NCBI GenBank assembly: GCA_951406725.2
Contig: OX597819.1
Span: 39,680,001 to 39,744,000, forward strand
From: Octopus vulgaris
Lineage: Eukaryota
Length of the DNA: 64,000 nt
Reading direction: 5' to 3'
The translations under genes and the position numbers were made by a program. Of this stretch, positions 12,133 to 26,736 are shown one piece after another. Within the stretch, counting starts at the first letter, position 1. The number at the start of each line of letters is the position of its first letter. The notes beneath the pieces are model-generated. The model worked only from the letters and a program-made list of their open reading frames with translations. It had not been told where the DNA came from and made no database searches.

Positions 12133-13023
12133 ATGGCCTCAAAATACTTGATCCACCGGAACTCAGCCATTGCGGACAATGCCAAATTCAATATTTTGAT
12201 GGCAGACCTCGTCAGAATAATGAGAAATGTGTCATGCATGTGCGAGCCCACAGAGTTAAAGAGACACATACAATATTTCATTCACCGCATGCAGTTCTCA
12301 GGTTACAGCCATAAAGAAAGGATCAGAGTATACAAAGGAGCCATTAAGAAATTTGATAATATATTATGTAATGATAGGAATGGTATTTGCCCACTCTATA
12401 GGAACAAGTCATGGAACACTATAGAAAGGACAAAAAAGAAAATAGGGAAGGCCAACTCTTGGTATGATAGCCATAAATACCAGAGTGTCATGTTCGTTGA
12501 CACCACCCCTGGAGGTGAACTGGCGTATCGCTTTAGAAGGACCCTAGACAAACTTAAGCTAAGAATTAAGGTAGTTGAAAAGCCAGGCAACCCTATCAAA
12601 TCTATAATTGGTAGAACCTATCCTTTTAGAAGAACCCCCTGTACGGATAAATACTGTACTGTATGTAGATTTAGCCCACAAACAAACTGTAAAGCCAGAA
12701 ATGTAGTCTATAGTATAAGATGTATAGAGGGACGATGCAGTAACAAGACAACGACATACGTAGGGGAAACGGCAAGAAGCATAGGAGAGCGGGTAAATGA
12801 GCATTGGAGACAACTCAGGGAAGGTAAAAGATCATCGATTCTGTACCAACACGCCGAACAAGAACACGGGGGATCAATCAATAACATAGAAATTAAAATA
12901 TTATCCACACATAGATCAGATGTAACAATTAGACAAATTACAGAAGCTACACACATAATAGAAAATAAACCTAGCGTGAATAGAAAACTAGAATTGAGTA
13001 CTAACACACACCACAACACATGA
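12133..13023 (+). CDS. Penelope-like ORF remnant: RT C-terminal (thumb) region, Cys-rich linker, GIY-YIG endonuclease
   Basis: H..SA motif of the PLE thumb; CTDKYCTVC linker; NVVYSIRC...C...[16 protein letters not shown]...YQH...E...N matches the PLE GIY-YIG with CCHH. The RT core is absent. Confidence 0.9.
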   Translation: MASKYLIHRNSAIADNAKFNILMADLVRIMRNVSCMCEPTELKRHIQYFIHRMQFSGYSHKERIRVYKGAIKKFDNILCNDRNGICPLYRNKSWNTIERTKKKIGKANSWYDSHKYQSVMFVDTTPGGELAYRFRRTLDKLKLRIKVVEKPGNPIKSIIGRTYPFRRTPCTDKYCTVCRFSPQTNCKARNVVYSIRCIEGRCSNKTTTYVGETARSIGERVNEHWRQLREGKRSSILYQHAEQEHGGSINNIEIKILSTHRSDVTIRQITEATHIIENKPSVNRKLELSTNTHHNT

Positions 13024-13098
13024 CGATAGAGGATCCTGAAAACAATAAATACACAGATAAATAAATAAATAAACTAATAGAAATAAATAACTATATAT

Positions 13099-13236
<138 letters not shown>

Positions 13237-13615
13237 TTCGATTCAATTTATTATTATTATTACTAATATTGTTGTTATACATACATACATACATACATAC
13301 ATACATACATACATACATACATACATACATACAAGCATATGTAATGATAATAATGGGTGGATGTAAACACATGGACAAAATAAGAATAAACAAAAAAAAT
13401 ACAAAATACAAATTACATGAACATATAAAATTACAAATTACATGAACATATATAAACAGAAGATACAAATATTACAGGCATCCCCCACGTACACACACTA
13501 AATAAACATAAACGCACATAGAGATATAAGCATGCGCAAATGAAGACATACAATAGAAATACAAAATGGGTGACGGTTAGTAAGGAGAGACACAAATAAG
13601 TAAGAAGAAAACAAA

Positions 13616-13660
13616 GGACCACTGATGCGGTCACAGGAGTGTGACGAAAGATCTCTGGCC
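13616..13660 (+). ncRNA. Minimal type I hammerhead-like motif in the PLE pseudo-LTR (variant core)
   Basis: GGACCA CTGATGCG GTCACA-ggag-TGTGAC GAA AGATCT C TGGCC; palindromic helix III AGATCT; core CUGAUGCG rather than CUGANGA. Confidence 0.62.
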
Positions 13661-13823
13661 GAAATGGGATTAAGATTAATGTAAAAAATAAATAACACTG
13701 AAGCAAAGTAACACCAAATATATAGTGCGTGTGTTTTTATTGGTTAAACTGGCAAAATGACCATTCCTAAATACAACAATATCTGTTTCAACACACGACT
13801 TCACATAAAAAAAATCTTGCAAC

Positions 13824-13898
<75 letters not shown>

Positions 13899-13952
13899 CA
13901 CATATATGTACGTAGTTATACTTACATGCATAGATACATTTATATACATATA

Positions 13953-13984
<32 letters not shown>

Positions 13985-15112
13985 CGTAAGGAGAGAAGAA
14001 GAGACAGAGAGAGAGACAGACAAACAGAAAGACAGAAAATATTGCTTGAGTTCAAATGTCGAAATTTCAAAGTTGATATTTTCAAAAGGCAGAATGATTA
14101 ATTTGATGCTCACTTGCTGGTACCTAATGCATTATTATCGTTGTTGTGGTTGTTGTTGTAATTGTTGCTGCTGCTGTTTCTGTTGCTGTTGTTGCCGTTA
14201 CTGTTGAGCGAACGGTCTTCGTCCCAGAGCTCGCAAGATGAGAGAAGTCCGAAACGTGGTCCTTTGCTATTCGTAAGACCCGCAGAAGAGAAAGCAGGTC
14301 AACCCCCGACACCGAGAGCATTGACGGGTGGATGAGTGCGCATCCAGGCTCAGCGGTTGCGTAGGAAGTCGAGGACAAGAAACAGGAAGAAAGAGTGAGA
14401 GAAAGTTGGAGCGAAAGAGTACAACAGCGGTCGCCACCACCACCCTGCCGGAGCCTCGTGGAGCTTTAGGTGTTTTCGCTCTATAAACACACACAACACC
14501 CGGTCTGGGAATCGAAACCGCGATCCTCCGACCGCGAGTCCGCTACCCTAACCATTGGGCCATTGCACCTCCACTGTTGCTGCTGCTATTGTCAAGGGTC
14601 ATCGCGCTCGCCGTATCCATACAGTAATTTTATGCATTAAGGACCACACAATCTGCTATATCTTGCGAGTCGTACGATCGTATAGAACCTTTTCAGTGAT
14701 AACGTTCGTATTTGGATGGGAGCTGGAAGAGAAGAAGAGGAGGGGTGAATAAGCCGGATTTATCAGGAGAAAACAGGGTTGAAGTTTTAAAGTAGAATGA
14801 AGAAAGTGAGAGGAAACCAATTGTGACGCGATGCCTCTACGGAAGTCAAAAATTACTTTGAGGATGAACATCCTTTTTTCTTTCTTTTCTCGTTTTTTTT
14901 TGTTTTGTAGTTTCAAATAACCAGACCCTTGAAAACAAATGTGTGTGTGAGGGCGCGCATGTGTACGCACGCGCCACGTGTGCGTTTTATGTGCGCACTT
15001 GGGATTTAGTTTATAAATCCCTTTGAAACAATAATAGTAACAAGGACTTCGGCAACGATAAGAAGCAAAGGAATGACGAACAAGAGGAACAGCGTCAATA
15101 TCAACAACAACG

Positions 15113-15167
<55 letters not shown>

Positions 15168-15529
15168 TTACTACTACTATTAACACCACCACCAAAAAGG
15201 CAATTACAACAAAAGAAGTTCCAGTAAGATGTGCTTTACTACAACTAAGACGCCACCAAAACAATAAAACAACAAAGATGTAGTACATGTCTCTATGTGG
15301 TCACTGGACCTACTAGAAATACCTGCCAAATACCCCTCAAAGTAATAGTAAAAAAAAGGAAGGACACATCGGTTAATGTGGTCCGAGATATATGTTACTT
15401 GAAAAGGAAAGGGTGAAGTGTCTTCGATCAGAGGCCCTCTTGATCAAAGCTGATTTCGAGCTAAGCAAGAACGACAATAAAAACAAGTTATATTCATTTA
15501 CATATGTGTTTGTGTGTTTGTGTGTGTGT

Positions 15530-15567
<38 letters not shown>

Positions 15568-16771
15568 TTGTGTGTGTGTGTGTGTGTGTGTACTTATAAA
15601 GAGAGAGAATCATGAACCACGAAGTTGGTATTTATTTCATCTGTAACGCATGTTTCTGTGACTTACAATCCAGATCGATGAACGATTAGACTTTGTAAAT
15701 TCATTAGTTATCGCTCTTCAATCTGTAGTGTAGATCACACAAATGTGATGAAATAAAGAAATACCTACTTCATGCTCCATGGGAATGAATTTTGAGTAAC
15801 CGATAACATAATCTAATTTACTTTAAGGTATGGGTGACTTAAGGTTACTCTTAGTATCCCCATTCTTACAAACACCAAGTAGATAGTTAACTCGCTTTGT
15901 GATCATGAGTGCACCATACCTCACATGTGCATATGCTCACATTTTTGCGGATGCTTGTATGAGCTAGTGTACTCATGCCATGCAGCTTGCCCGAGGGCGT
16001 TTATACATCCATATTTGTTAACGGTTATTTTCAATAATTTTCTTGATAGATTGCGTGTTCGTTTCTCTTTTTTGCCATCCGTGATTTTATTTTTGATCTT
16101 CTATATAAATGAAGATATTTCCTCCGCCTTGATGCTTTTCTTTCTGGCGAGAAGTTACATTGGCGGAACTGTTATATTAACGAGTTGTATTTACTTATCA
16201 TCCGACGAGATACATCTGCACCACCGGATGCTCCTGAACCAGTTGTTGAACGTCCCACCCGTGAGGGATCGATGCTAGATATGTCGAAACGAGTGTTATA
16301 TATATATGATATTGCCCAAGTAATACGGAAGTGAATCCAAACACTGTAAGGCATCTAGTTTGGTCTCTTTCTTTCAAGTCACTGTTTTGATAGCAACAAC
16401 AAATAGAAACAAATGGAGCTGAGAGAGCTGCAGTGTAATGGGACATTAGAAGCAAAGTACGACTTTGTGGGGCCAGCACAATTCACTCGCTTCATACCTG
16501 AAGCAATGCCCTACCTCGGTTTACAGCAGCTCGAACGCTGTCTTTGTTTAGAAGCACATAGTCTCTGTGATGAAGATGAATAAAATGTCACAAAGGAGTC
16601 GTCTCACGGATTAACGCCTGCAATCCATCCTGAGAGTCTTAGCAACACAGAACCTTGTCCCAATCATCAATCAATTCGTTGTCAAGAAAAGATGCGAAGT
16701 ATGCAGCTCGGACAAAATTGCATAAGAAAAATGAAAGTTTTGATTTATCATTTTAATTTTCACTAAAAAGC

Positions 16772-16839
<68 letters not shown>

Positions 16840-16950
16840 ACATGTTCTTATTTTAAATTTTTAGAATTTTGATAGGAGATATTTTTACGCAGAGCAAAAT
16901 ATTTTAAGTAATTTAAGTTAAAGTAAATTTATTTTGGGAATAAAATTTTA

Positions 16951-17381
16951 GGATGTTTTCGGTTTGAACGGCAGTTTTTTCTCGCGGTGTCATATGAAAT
17001 TGTCACCCATAATTATGACCCTAGTATCGATCTATTGTATTTCAATCTATTTTAGGGTTAGGGTTAGAGTTAGGTTTAGGGGTGGCGGAAGGGTATCTTT
17101 TTTTCTTCAGAAATGTAAATAAACCCAATCTGTTTCTTAAATGAGGGACATTTTCATACGGCACAGAATGTTTTCACCTCAATAGACGTCATTGATTGGT
17201 TGAAATTGCAGAAATTGAAAAAAAACAACAACAAATATCTTAGAATTTTCTATAGAATTTTCTCAATAAATCCAAGAGTAAAAGATGTTTTATAAACACA
17301 TTCTACCAGTATACGAAGTTTAAAAGTGTTTAGTTACGTGAAGATTATTTTAAAAAACTGCCGTTCAAACCGAAAAGATCC
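16951..17381. mobile_element. Non-autonomous DNA transposon (MITE), 30-bp TIRs, 8-bp TSD, internal TTAGGG-like tract
   Basis: TIRs GGATGTTTTCGGTTTGAACGGCAGTTTTTT / AAAAAACTGCCGTTCAAACCGAAAAGATCC; AAATTTTA duplicated at 16943-16950 and 17382-17389. Confidence 0.9.
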
Positions 17382-17454
17382 AAATTTTATACCGTCTGTT
17401 TCAATATATGTTCATGTTCAAAAAGTTTTAGCCTGTTCAATAAATCTTTATCCT

Positions 17455-17523
17455 GTTCGGCCCGCGACTTAAAGTGTGCTGTAAATTTTGGCCCCCCCTG
17501 TGCGATTGAGTTTGACGCCCCTG
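17455..17523. mobile_element. hAT-like transposon terminus
   Basis: CGGCCCGCG subterminal motif and an end reading CAGGGGCGTCAAACTC on the minus strand; a similar remnant lies at about 34020-34091. Confidence 0.55.
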
Positions 17524-19596
17524 CTCTAAACTGTCTGCCTTTTAGACGGTAGGCTCTGTTCAGGCTAGACAATCAACCGGTTCAACATTACTCAGGTGAG
17601 GATTGACACCGAAAGCATAATCTGATGCTGCACTGATTATTTCTTTTCGTCCTGCAAAGATGGACTGCCAAGGAATCATCTCTGAATTCCGACAGAATAC
17701 CTTCCTGGTGCTACACTGTGTGGAAGAGCTCAGTGAACCTTCAGATAAGGCAAGAATCGTCAGTCTTATTGATCTCGTCTGGAGTGGTGTCAGGTTCAGA
17801 CGCTACGCTTCTGGTTAGAGCACCTATGTCTTCTTGACGAGAACCTCAGCAAAAGGTCAGCAAATAACATGTTAGGCTATTTACTGTCTCATTAACTGAG
17901 CACTGTGGAAATATTTCACACATCTATCAAGGATTTTTTTTTTTTCGCTATCAAAAATACAGATCCGTTCTCAATTAGCAGCAGTGATGAACTAGAGACC
18001 TTAAGGGCGTAGACAGATCGCAAAATGCCAAAAAACTATTTCGTGTATTTTTTTTAGGGCTGATTCTAATCATAGGACTGATTCTAGTCAATCTTTTTAC
18101 TGTACTGTCTGTGTTGCATCTGACGAAATATACCATAATGGCAGCATACTTTACGGATTATGGTGAGCTGTTATTCTGGTAAACTCTGAGCAAACGTGAG
18201 TTAGCCAGTGGCTTGTACATTCTGTAGCTAAGGTATTTGTACCACACTGAACAAAATAAGCTTCTAAAAGTTCTTTTTGACTGAGCTTCTAATTTGCACA
18301 GTTTGCTGCCAAGGTCTTCTTTGAGTTTCTTTTTCATAGACACTGGAACTATTTTGAGACGTTCACTCTTATAAGTCATAGGACGAATATGGACATTGAA
18401 TTCGAATATCATGAAACTGTGCTTAATCCAGCGGTACAACAAATAGCTTTGGCTAACTAAACCTCCTATCTGTCCTCTTTCTTGATGATGACGTAATCGA
18501 TAAAATACTAATGCTTTCAGCTGGATGCGTCCATGATGTTTTGTTTCAGTAAAGCCGGAGAAAAACGGTTTGTGTGATGAATAAATCATGCTCCGCATAT
18601 TTTTTCGACAACTATAAGTTGTTGCTGTTGAGTTTACCAGCTTCCTACCTTTCAATGATTCCTTCACTTTTCTTGTCAGACCTGGACCCGACATAAACAA
18701 CTCTGGTTTCGCACAGACCCAATAAGAAGTCCAGTTTTTCAGAGGACATTTATTTGATTCTTCATGATTTCTTATTGTAGTTATGTGGCACTTATGATGA
18801 ATGTGTATCGTTTGCCTGCCAGAGGAAGTCGCAGCGTCATGAACCTATCGATCAGTCTTCTGGATAGACTCGTGAGTTTAACAATAAATATTTATCCCCA
18901 CTTAAATCACTTGTGGGGTAGAGGTAGCCGGGCTTTATCTCTTCACTTGCAATATAAACAAAAGTGCATTTTGCACCAAAAATCCAATATGAGTTTCTCT
19001 CATGGTAACAACTACACTACAGTTTGTTCTAACACACAACATCCACGTTTAAGTGAGGATAAATATTACCTCTAGGTATTCATACTGCTTCTACCGCTAA
19101 CATATATTTCTTAACAACAAATTCAACTCTAAACTCGCGTCATTATCAGTACTGCAACTGCTCTACAAGGAGATATAACCCAACCCTGCTTTCTTATCAA
19201 AACTCTCCCACAAATCGAGTTTCACTCGGAACCGCTGTTTGTATGGTGCATCTTATTTGAGAGATCAGTTAACTAGACTAACAGCAAAAACAATAAAAAC
19301 AAAAAAAACAATAAAAACAACTGCTACCAGCTGAGAAGGTAACCTTCACGTGGTTGCTAGACTTGCAAAATAAATAAATAAATGTCTAATTACTCCCGAT
19401 TCCCGCCCACCGCTTTTAGAAGATCAAAGGGCGTTAAACAATGCATTTCCAGATGCTCCCTGAAATAACGCGGTTGAAATGTCTTTGATCATAGGTATAC
19501 TAAACCAAGGCTGACCTATGGTCAAGCAACAACTACGAATATATGAAGACGAGATATTTATTACTGAAAGAACACTTGAGACAGGAAAACAAAGGA

Positions 19597-20300
19597 TTAA
19601 ATGGGGTACGGGGCGACCACAATGGAGATGATAAAGGTGTTGATAGAGCGTGAGGGGGGCAGAAGAATGATGGTGGAGTTAATGATAATGATAAGGAAGA
19701 CGAAGATAGCGATGGCAATGACAACGAGAGCAGCAATTAAGATGATGACGATGATGATGACGACGAGGACGATGACGATGATGATGATGAATATGGCGGC
19801 GAGGACGAGGAGGAGGATGAGTGAAGGACAATGGTATCGTTGAGAAATTACGATGGTGATGAGGATCATAAAGATATGATCAAACTAATAATGATCATAG
19901 TGTTAAAAATGATGCTAACGATGACGATTATCATGATTATCATGATCCTCCTGCTGGTCACGATCATGATGATCACGATGTTCATCACAGTCTTCGATGA
20001 GAATGATGGTGATGATGATGATGATGACGACGACGACGACGGTCACCACGATGATGAGGACAAGGAAGAGGAAGAGGAAGAAGAGGAGAAAAGGAGGATA
20101 AAGAAGAGGAGGGGAAGAGGAGGAGGAAGGAGAAGAGGAGGGGAAGGGGAGGAGGAAGACGAAGAGAAGGGGAAGAGGAGGAGAAGAAGGATGGTGATGA
20201 TGATAGCAATGATGATGGTTATGATGATGATGATGATGATGATGATGATCAAGATCACAATCACGATCATGATGACGATCCTAATGACAGAGTTGATCGT
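19597..20300. repeat. Degenerate (GAT/GAC/GAG/GAA)n low-complexity tract
   Basis: Mixed trinucleotide repeats with no splice or homology support for coding. Confidence 0.85.
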
Positions 20301-23300
20301 GACAAATGGGAAGTAGGTGAAAGGGTTGAGGTCATTAATACGAGCTCCCCACCTGCCTCTTCAAGTGTGTAGAGACTGCTCCTGTGTTTCCATTAAAGTA
20401 TAACACCAGCTTAATCTGGTGCTTAAGCTTTATCCTTGTGCCAATTGTTAAACTCTCAAGAGGACAGGATATCACTGACCAGCTTCAAGGAAGGATGATT
20501 GTCTGATCGTGTAAGGTTAATGAGATTGTGTGAAGCAATGAACTGAGCATGTGTTGGGCACGCTTCCTGAAATAATCGACAAGAGTTGAATTGTTGTACT
20601 AGTATTCCGGAAAACAGTTTAATTTCCACTTGATACAATCCATTAAACTAAACTTATGTTTATAAATACCTTTATTAAGGAGAATCCGAACTGGAAGAGA
20701 GATTATAAATGTGATCGCACTCGGGCATGCACGTACGCGCAAAACAAACGCACGCGAGCACATTCACACACATACAAACACACAGTGTATGTGTGAACTC
20801 GCAAAAGCATTCACATCCGCACAAAAATACAATTTAGTCGAGAGTGAGAAGCTTTGAACATGGGTTTGTTAGTTCAAAGCTGACCTGATCCTAAATAATA
20901 GCACAAACATACAATTGGGTAGCAGCGATGAGGTCGATGTATCTTGTAGAAACAACAGCCAAATCTTCGGCTAAATCATACATTAGTATCTTAAAACACT
21001 AAGTGGTAAATAAATTAAAACATCCATATGTAAAATATTTCAGCAGTTGAGACTGCAATGTATACCCTTACAAAATTATAAACATAGAAATATGTATATG
21101 CACATATATGCATTCTATAGCACTGAAATCCACACACAGAAATGTATTTGAGCGCATACATGCATACAGATACATCTGTTCTCTTTTCGAAAATCCGTCG
21201 GCTTTCAGCAACGAATATTCCAACTTTGTAATCAACTGAACTAACGCTTTGTCGAGGGCTACTTTCTTTTTTCATCTCGACCTCTTAAATTCCCCTGTCC
21301 TCTTGGCTAGGTTTGTCCCTTCAACTCAGAGCAATGTGTTAATGACTAGTGTTCATCAACTGATTTTACTAATTCACAGACAAGGCTAACATGGAAACTT
21401 CTTCATGGACGCTCGATCTACCGGCAATAGCAGCCAAAATTCCTTCAAATCGTATCCCTTATTGCCTTGAGTTCTGGAGCTCATAGAATTGACTGCCCGG
21501 TTTCTATGGCGTATAAGTGACCGAGGTCACAACATTCCCACTGAACGAGATGCCATTTTCGTCGCAGAGATATTATTAATTTGCAGTAAAATAGACTGCA
21601 GCAACGTGAAATGAATTTTTTTTCTCAAGAATAAAGCGCTCTACACGGTCCTGGAATTGAAACCACGATCTTACGATCGTGAGCGTAACATCCTAACCAC
21701 TAGGCCACACGCTTTCACCCCTTAAAATAGTACACTTTGGGTAAATATCGTTTTGATTTTCCTGAACGTACAAAGAAGACGGGATGGTAATGTTTTGAAT
21801 GTCATTGAGCAGCGTTCTGCTAGACCAGAATTGACCTTGAGTAAACAATAACAACAACAACTAAATTGCAGACGTCGTACCTATGTTTACCCATTGTACT
21901 ACTATTACAACGGTTTCTGTTTCTCCGAAGTAGCTTACATCAATCTGTGTCCCATTCATCTTTTCTCAGCCTGTTCCTTTTACTACGTCTCATTCCCCGA
22001 CCTTCTCGCTTACCCGTCCTTCGTACCTAAAATTGCATTCCTTCGAAATCGCCAATCTACACACGTTTGTCATGCAGATAACTACCCACACGTATTCATC
22101 ATTCTCAACTGTCGCTGGTTCTGGTAGTGGTATTGTCTTGTCTTGTCTTGTCTTGTCTCGGCACTCTGTCGATCACCACGACGCGGGTTCCAGTTAATTT
22201 CGATCAACGGAACAGCCTGCTCGTGAAATTAACGAGCAAGTGGATGAACACTCTACTGACACGCGTACCTTTAACGTAGTTCTCAAGGAGATTCAGCGTC
22301 ACACAAGATGTAACAAAGCTTGCCTTTCGAAATACAGACACTACCCAATTTTGCCAGCTGGAGGGATTGAACAACGTGAAACGAAGTATCTTGCTCAAGG
22401 ACACCAGCCGCCGCCGGAAACTGGACTTACGATCTTACGATCGTGAGCCGATACCCCTAAGTCACGTGTCTTCTGGTAGTATTAAGGGGCAACAAAAGTC
22501 ATGGAGAACTATAAAATTGGAAATTTTTCGACCATCGTGCCACAGGCATGACTGTGCACTTAAAGTCTCCGCTTCGCAACCACGTGACCCAGTGTGTGGC
22601 CACGGGTTTGCCGACTCTTTATGAATAGAATTTGGCAGACAGAGACTGAGTCGATACCTATCGGATTGACTGCACTTAAAATCCAATGGGTCAACTTTGT
22701 CACACAAAGTAGCACTGATTTTGCTTGGGAATTATATCAAAGATAGGAAGTGGCTGAGGTTTCTAATACAAATGGAATACTCAGCCATTTGCACTATAAT
22801 TTAATGACAGTTGGTTGAACAACTAGAATACACACGGTCAAAACCAGCGGGGAGTCCACTTATTGTGTATGCGTGCAAGTGTGTGTGTGTGTGTGTGTAT
22901 GTGTGTGTGCATGTGTGTGTGAGAGAATGTGAGTGCGCGAGTGCCTGTGTGTGTGCGTGTGTGTATGTGTGCGCGCGCATGTGTGTGTATGTGTGTCTGT
23001 ATATCATCCTCTGATTTATATAGGTGAAGGATATAAACAAGATGACAGCCGAAAAAAAAGAAACGATAGTGTATGTAGAGAGATCCTTGATATTTTTGTT
23101 CCTTACCGTGTAACAGAAAATCTCTTGAATCTACACCATGTAGAAGAAATGTAGTGAAATGTACCATATTAATGCAGGCGCAGACATAGATGTGTTGTTA
23201 AGATTCTCGCTTTGCAACCATGTGGTTTCGGGTTCAGTCCCACTGCACGGCGCCTTGAGCAAGTGTTTTCTACCATAGCTCCGGACCGACAAATCCCTCG

Positions 23301-24438
23301 TGAGTGAATTTTGATGGCCGGTGTTGATTTGCACTCAGAACGTAATGGCGGGCGAAATGCCACAAAATAAATTCATCCGGCGAGCCAATGAATCTGCCTT
23401 AATAATGATAAGGATGATAATGATCATAATGATGACGATTTCAAATTATGGCACAAGGCCAGCGATTTTGGTGGGGGAGATCAGTCGATTGCATCGACTC
23501 CAGTGTTCAACTGGTACTCATTTTATCGACCCCGAAAGGATGAAAGTTAAAGTCAACCTCAGCGGAATTTTAACTGAAAACAAAGAATTTTTAAATCTTA
23601 AAATCCTTCACAAACGCAAATCTTACAGCAAAATTTTAACAAAATCTTAATTCACGTTGTTTGGTCTCCTGTCCCTAAAGTATGTCATAGTTACTCATAA
23701 ATAACACCCACAGTGAAACGTCCAGCTTGCTGTTTCTTGAAGTCTCTGGGTGAGACTGAGAACATCTTGTATAAAACAAAGTAAGGACAACAATGAAAAC
23801 CTAATATACTTCATTCTTTCTTGTCCACCCTTCTTCGAATTAATAAATCAATCTGTTCTACCTTCAGTTTATGACAAACACCCACCCGTAGTGATGACAT
23901 TTAACCGTAACTACCAACTGGAAAGTTTCATTACTGAATAACGAACTGTGACAAACAAGCGTCGAAAACCTTTTGTTCAGGTCAATACATTTATCAAACA
24001 CATTTAAAGCGACTGTATATTGACTGCTCAAACACCATCTCTGATACACAGACGGGTACACGTACTCATGTGCACATACATATACACAAAAGACAACCAT
24101 CTCATACGCAGAGACACAACACTACAAACAAAACATACCACAATAATGCAATATCATATACAACGCACTGGTGTGAATATATGTGTATGTATATACGTAT
24201 TTCTCTCGCACGCCCCTCTCTCTCTCTCTCTTACTTTGTATATGTGTGTGTGTTTGTTTGTGTGTGGTAAGAAGCTAGGCTTGGCTTGGCTTGTGGTAAT
24301 AAGATTGCTTTTCAAACACATGGGTCCAGGTTCAGTCTCACTACGTGACACCTTGAGCAAGTGTCTTCTACTATGGCCTCAGGCCGTTCAAAGCCTTGTG
24401 AGTGGATTTGGTAGACCGAAACTGAAAGAAGCCCATCC

Positions 24439-24479
<41 letters not shown>

Positions 24480-25295
24480 ATGTGTGTGTGTATGTATGTA
24501 TATATGTATGTATATATTTATGTGTGGGTGTGTATTTCTACCCCTGCCATAGCTTGACAACCGATCTTGGTGTGTTTATGTCTCCATAACCTTGCAGCTT
24601 GGCAAAAGTGACCGATAGAATAAGTACTAAGCTTACAAAGTCCTGGGGTCGATTTCTTGGACTAAAGCCCTTTAAGGCGGTGCTCCACCATGGCTGCAGT
24701 CAAATGAGTGAAGCAAGTAAAAGAATTTAGAATATGTATGTGTATATATACACACACACACATATACATATGTATTGTATGTATGTCATTATTCAGTTTT
24801 ATTTCAAGATTTCTTGCCAATAGAGAACAGAGTCAATTTCTAATCTAGATCCAAGGCTCCTTCATTGAAATTTCAACATCGACAACAGGGTATTTTTGTA
24901 TGTATGTATGTATGTATGTATGTATGTATGTATGTATGTATGTATGTATGCATGCATGCATGCATGCATGTATGCAGATTTGTATGTTTTGCTTTATGTA
25001 TGTCTTCTCATGTATATACCTGCATATCTAGACATGCTCATATATATATTTAAAATGATAAACTTCTGGAAGATTTTACAGATTTCTACAGTTCCAGTGA
25101 TGGAATTGATTTGTAATCTTCGAATCAGCTTTCTCCTTTTAATTTTAATTCTATTATTCTGTAAAATAATATTTAATTAGTTTAAATATACGCAAATGTA
25201 TAAGAGTAATTTTATTTCCATTAAACATTCTATAATACTATTAAATTTCATTATATTTTTAAAAAAGGTAAAATCGGACAGAACTTATGGGTGAC

Positions 25296-25347
<52 letters not shown>

Positions 25348-25437
25348 TATAAATATTAAAATTACTAAGTCTCTATAAAATATAAATATAAGCCTTCGAA
25401 CAGAGACGTCAGTGGCGACACCTGCGGGTCTGACTGC

Positions 25438-25479
25438 GCTACATTGACAAGGGGCAATACCCCGAAATGCGTCTGTAGC
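25438..25479 (+). ncRNA. Decayed minimal type I hammerhead ribozyme
   Basis: GCTACA TTGACAA GGGG-caata-CCCC GAA ATGCGT C TGTAGC. Helices I and II are perfect; the core is two transitions from CTGACGA and helix III is one transition from palindromic ACGCGT. Confidence 0.65.
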
Positions 25480-25645
25480 TGTCGGACTGGCAGTGTGAAG
25501 CGGCTGACCTCCCTTGTTCGAACGTTATAATGGATACAGATCGTGTATCAATAGCTATCTTAAGGCGGTGGCCTCATGGAGCTGACCATGGCAGCGATTA
25601 TTCTTATATCTATAAGAATGCCATATTAATATGGCGATAACAATT

Positions 25646-26736
<1,091 letters not shown>

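Noticed and set aside
17053-17082. Telomere or chromosome fusion site
   Set aside because: Only a few degenerate units, inside a MITE.
18158-18700. 180-aa minus-strand ORF
   Set aside because: No recognisable domain or splice support; possibly an ancient LINE remnant but not supportable.
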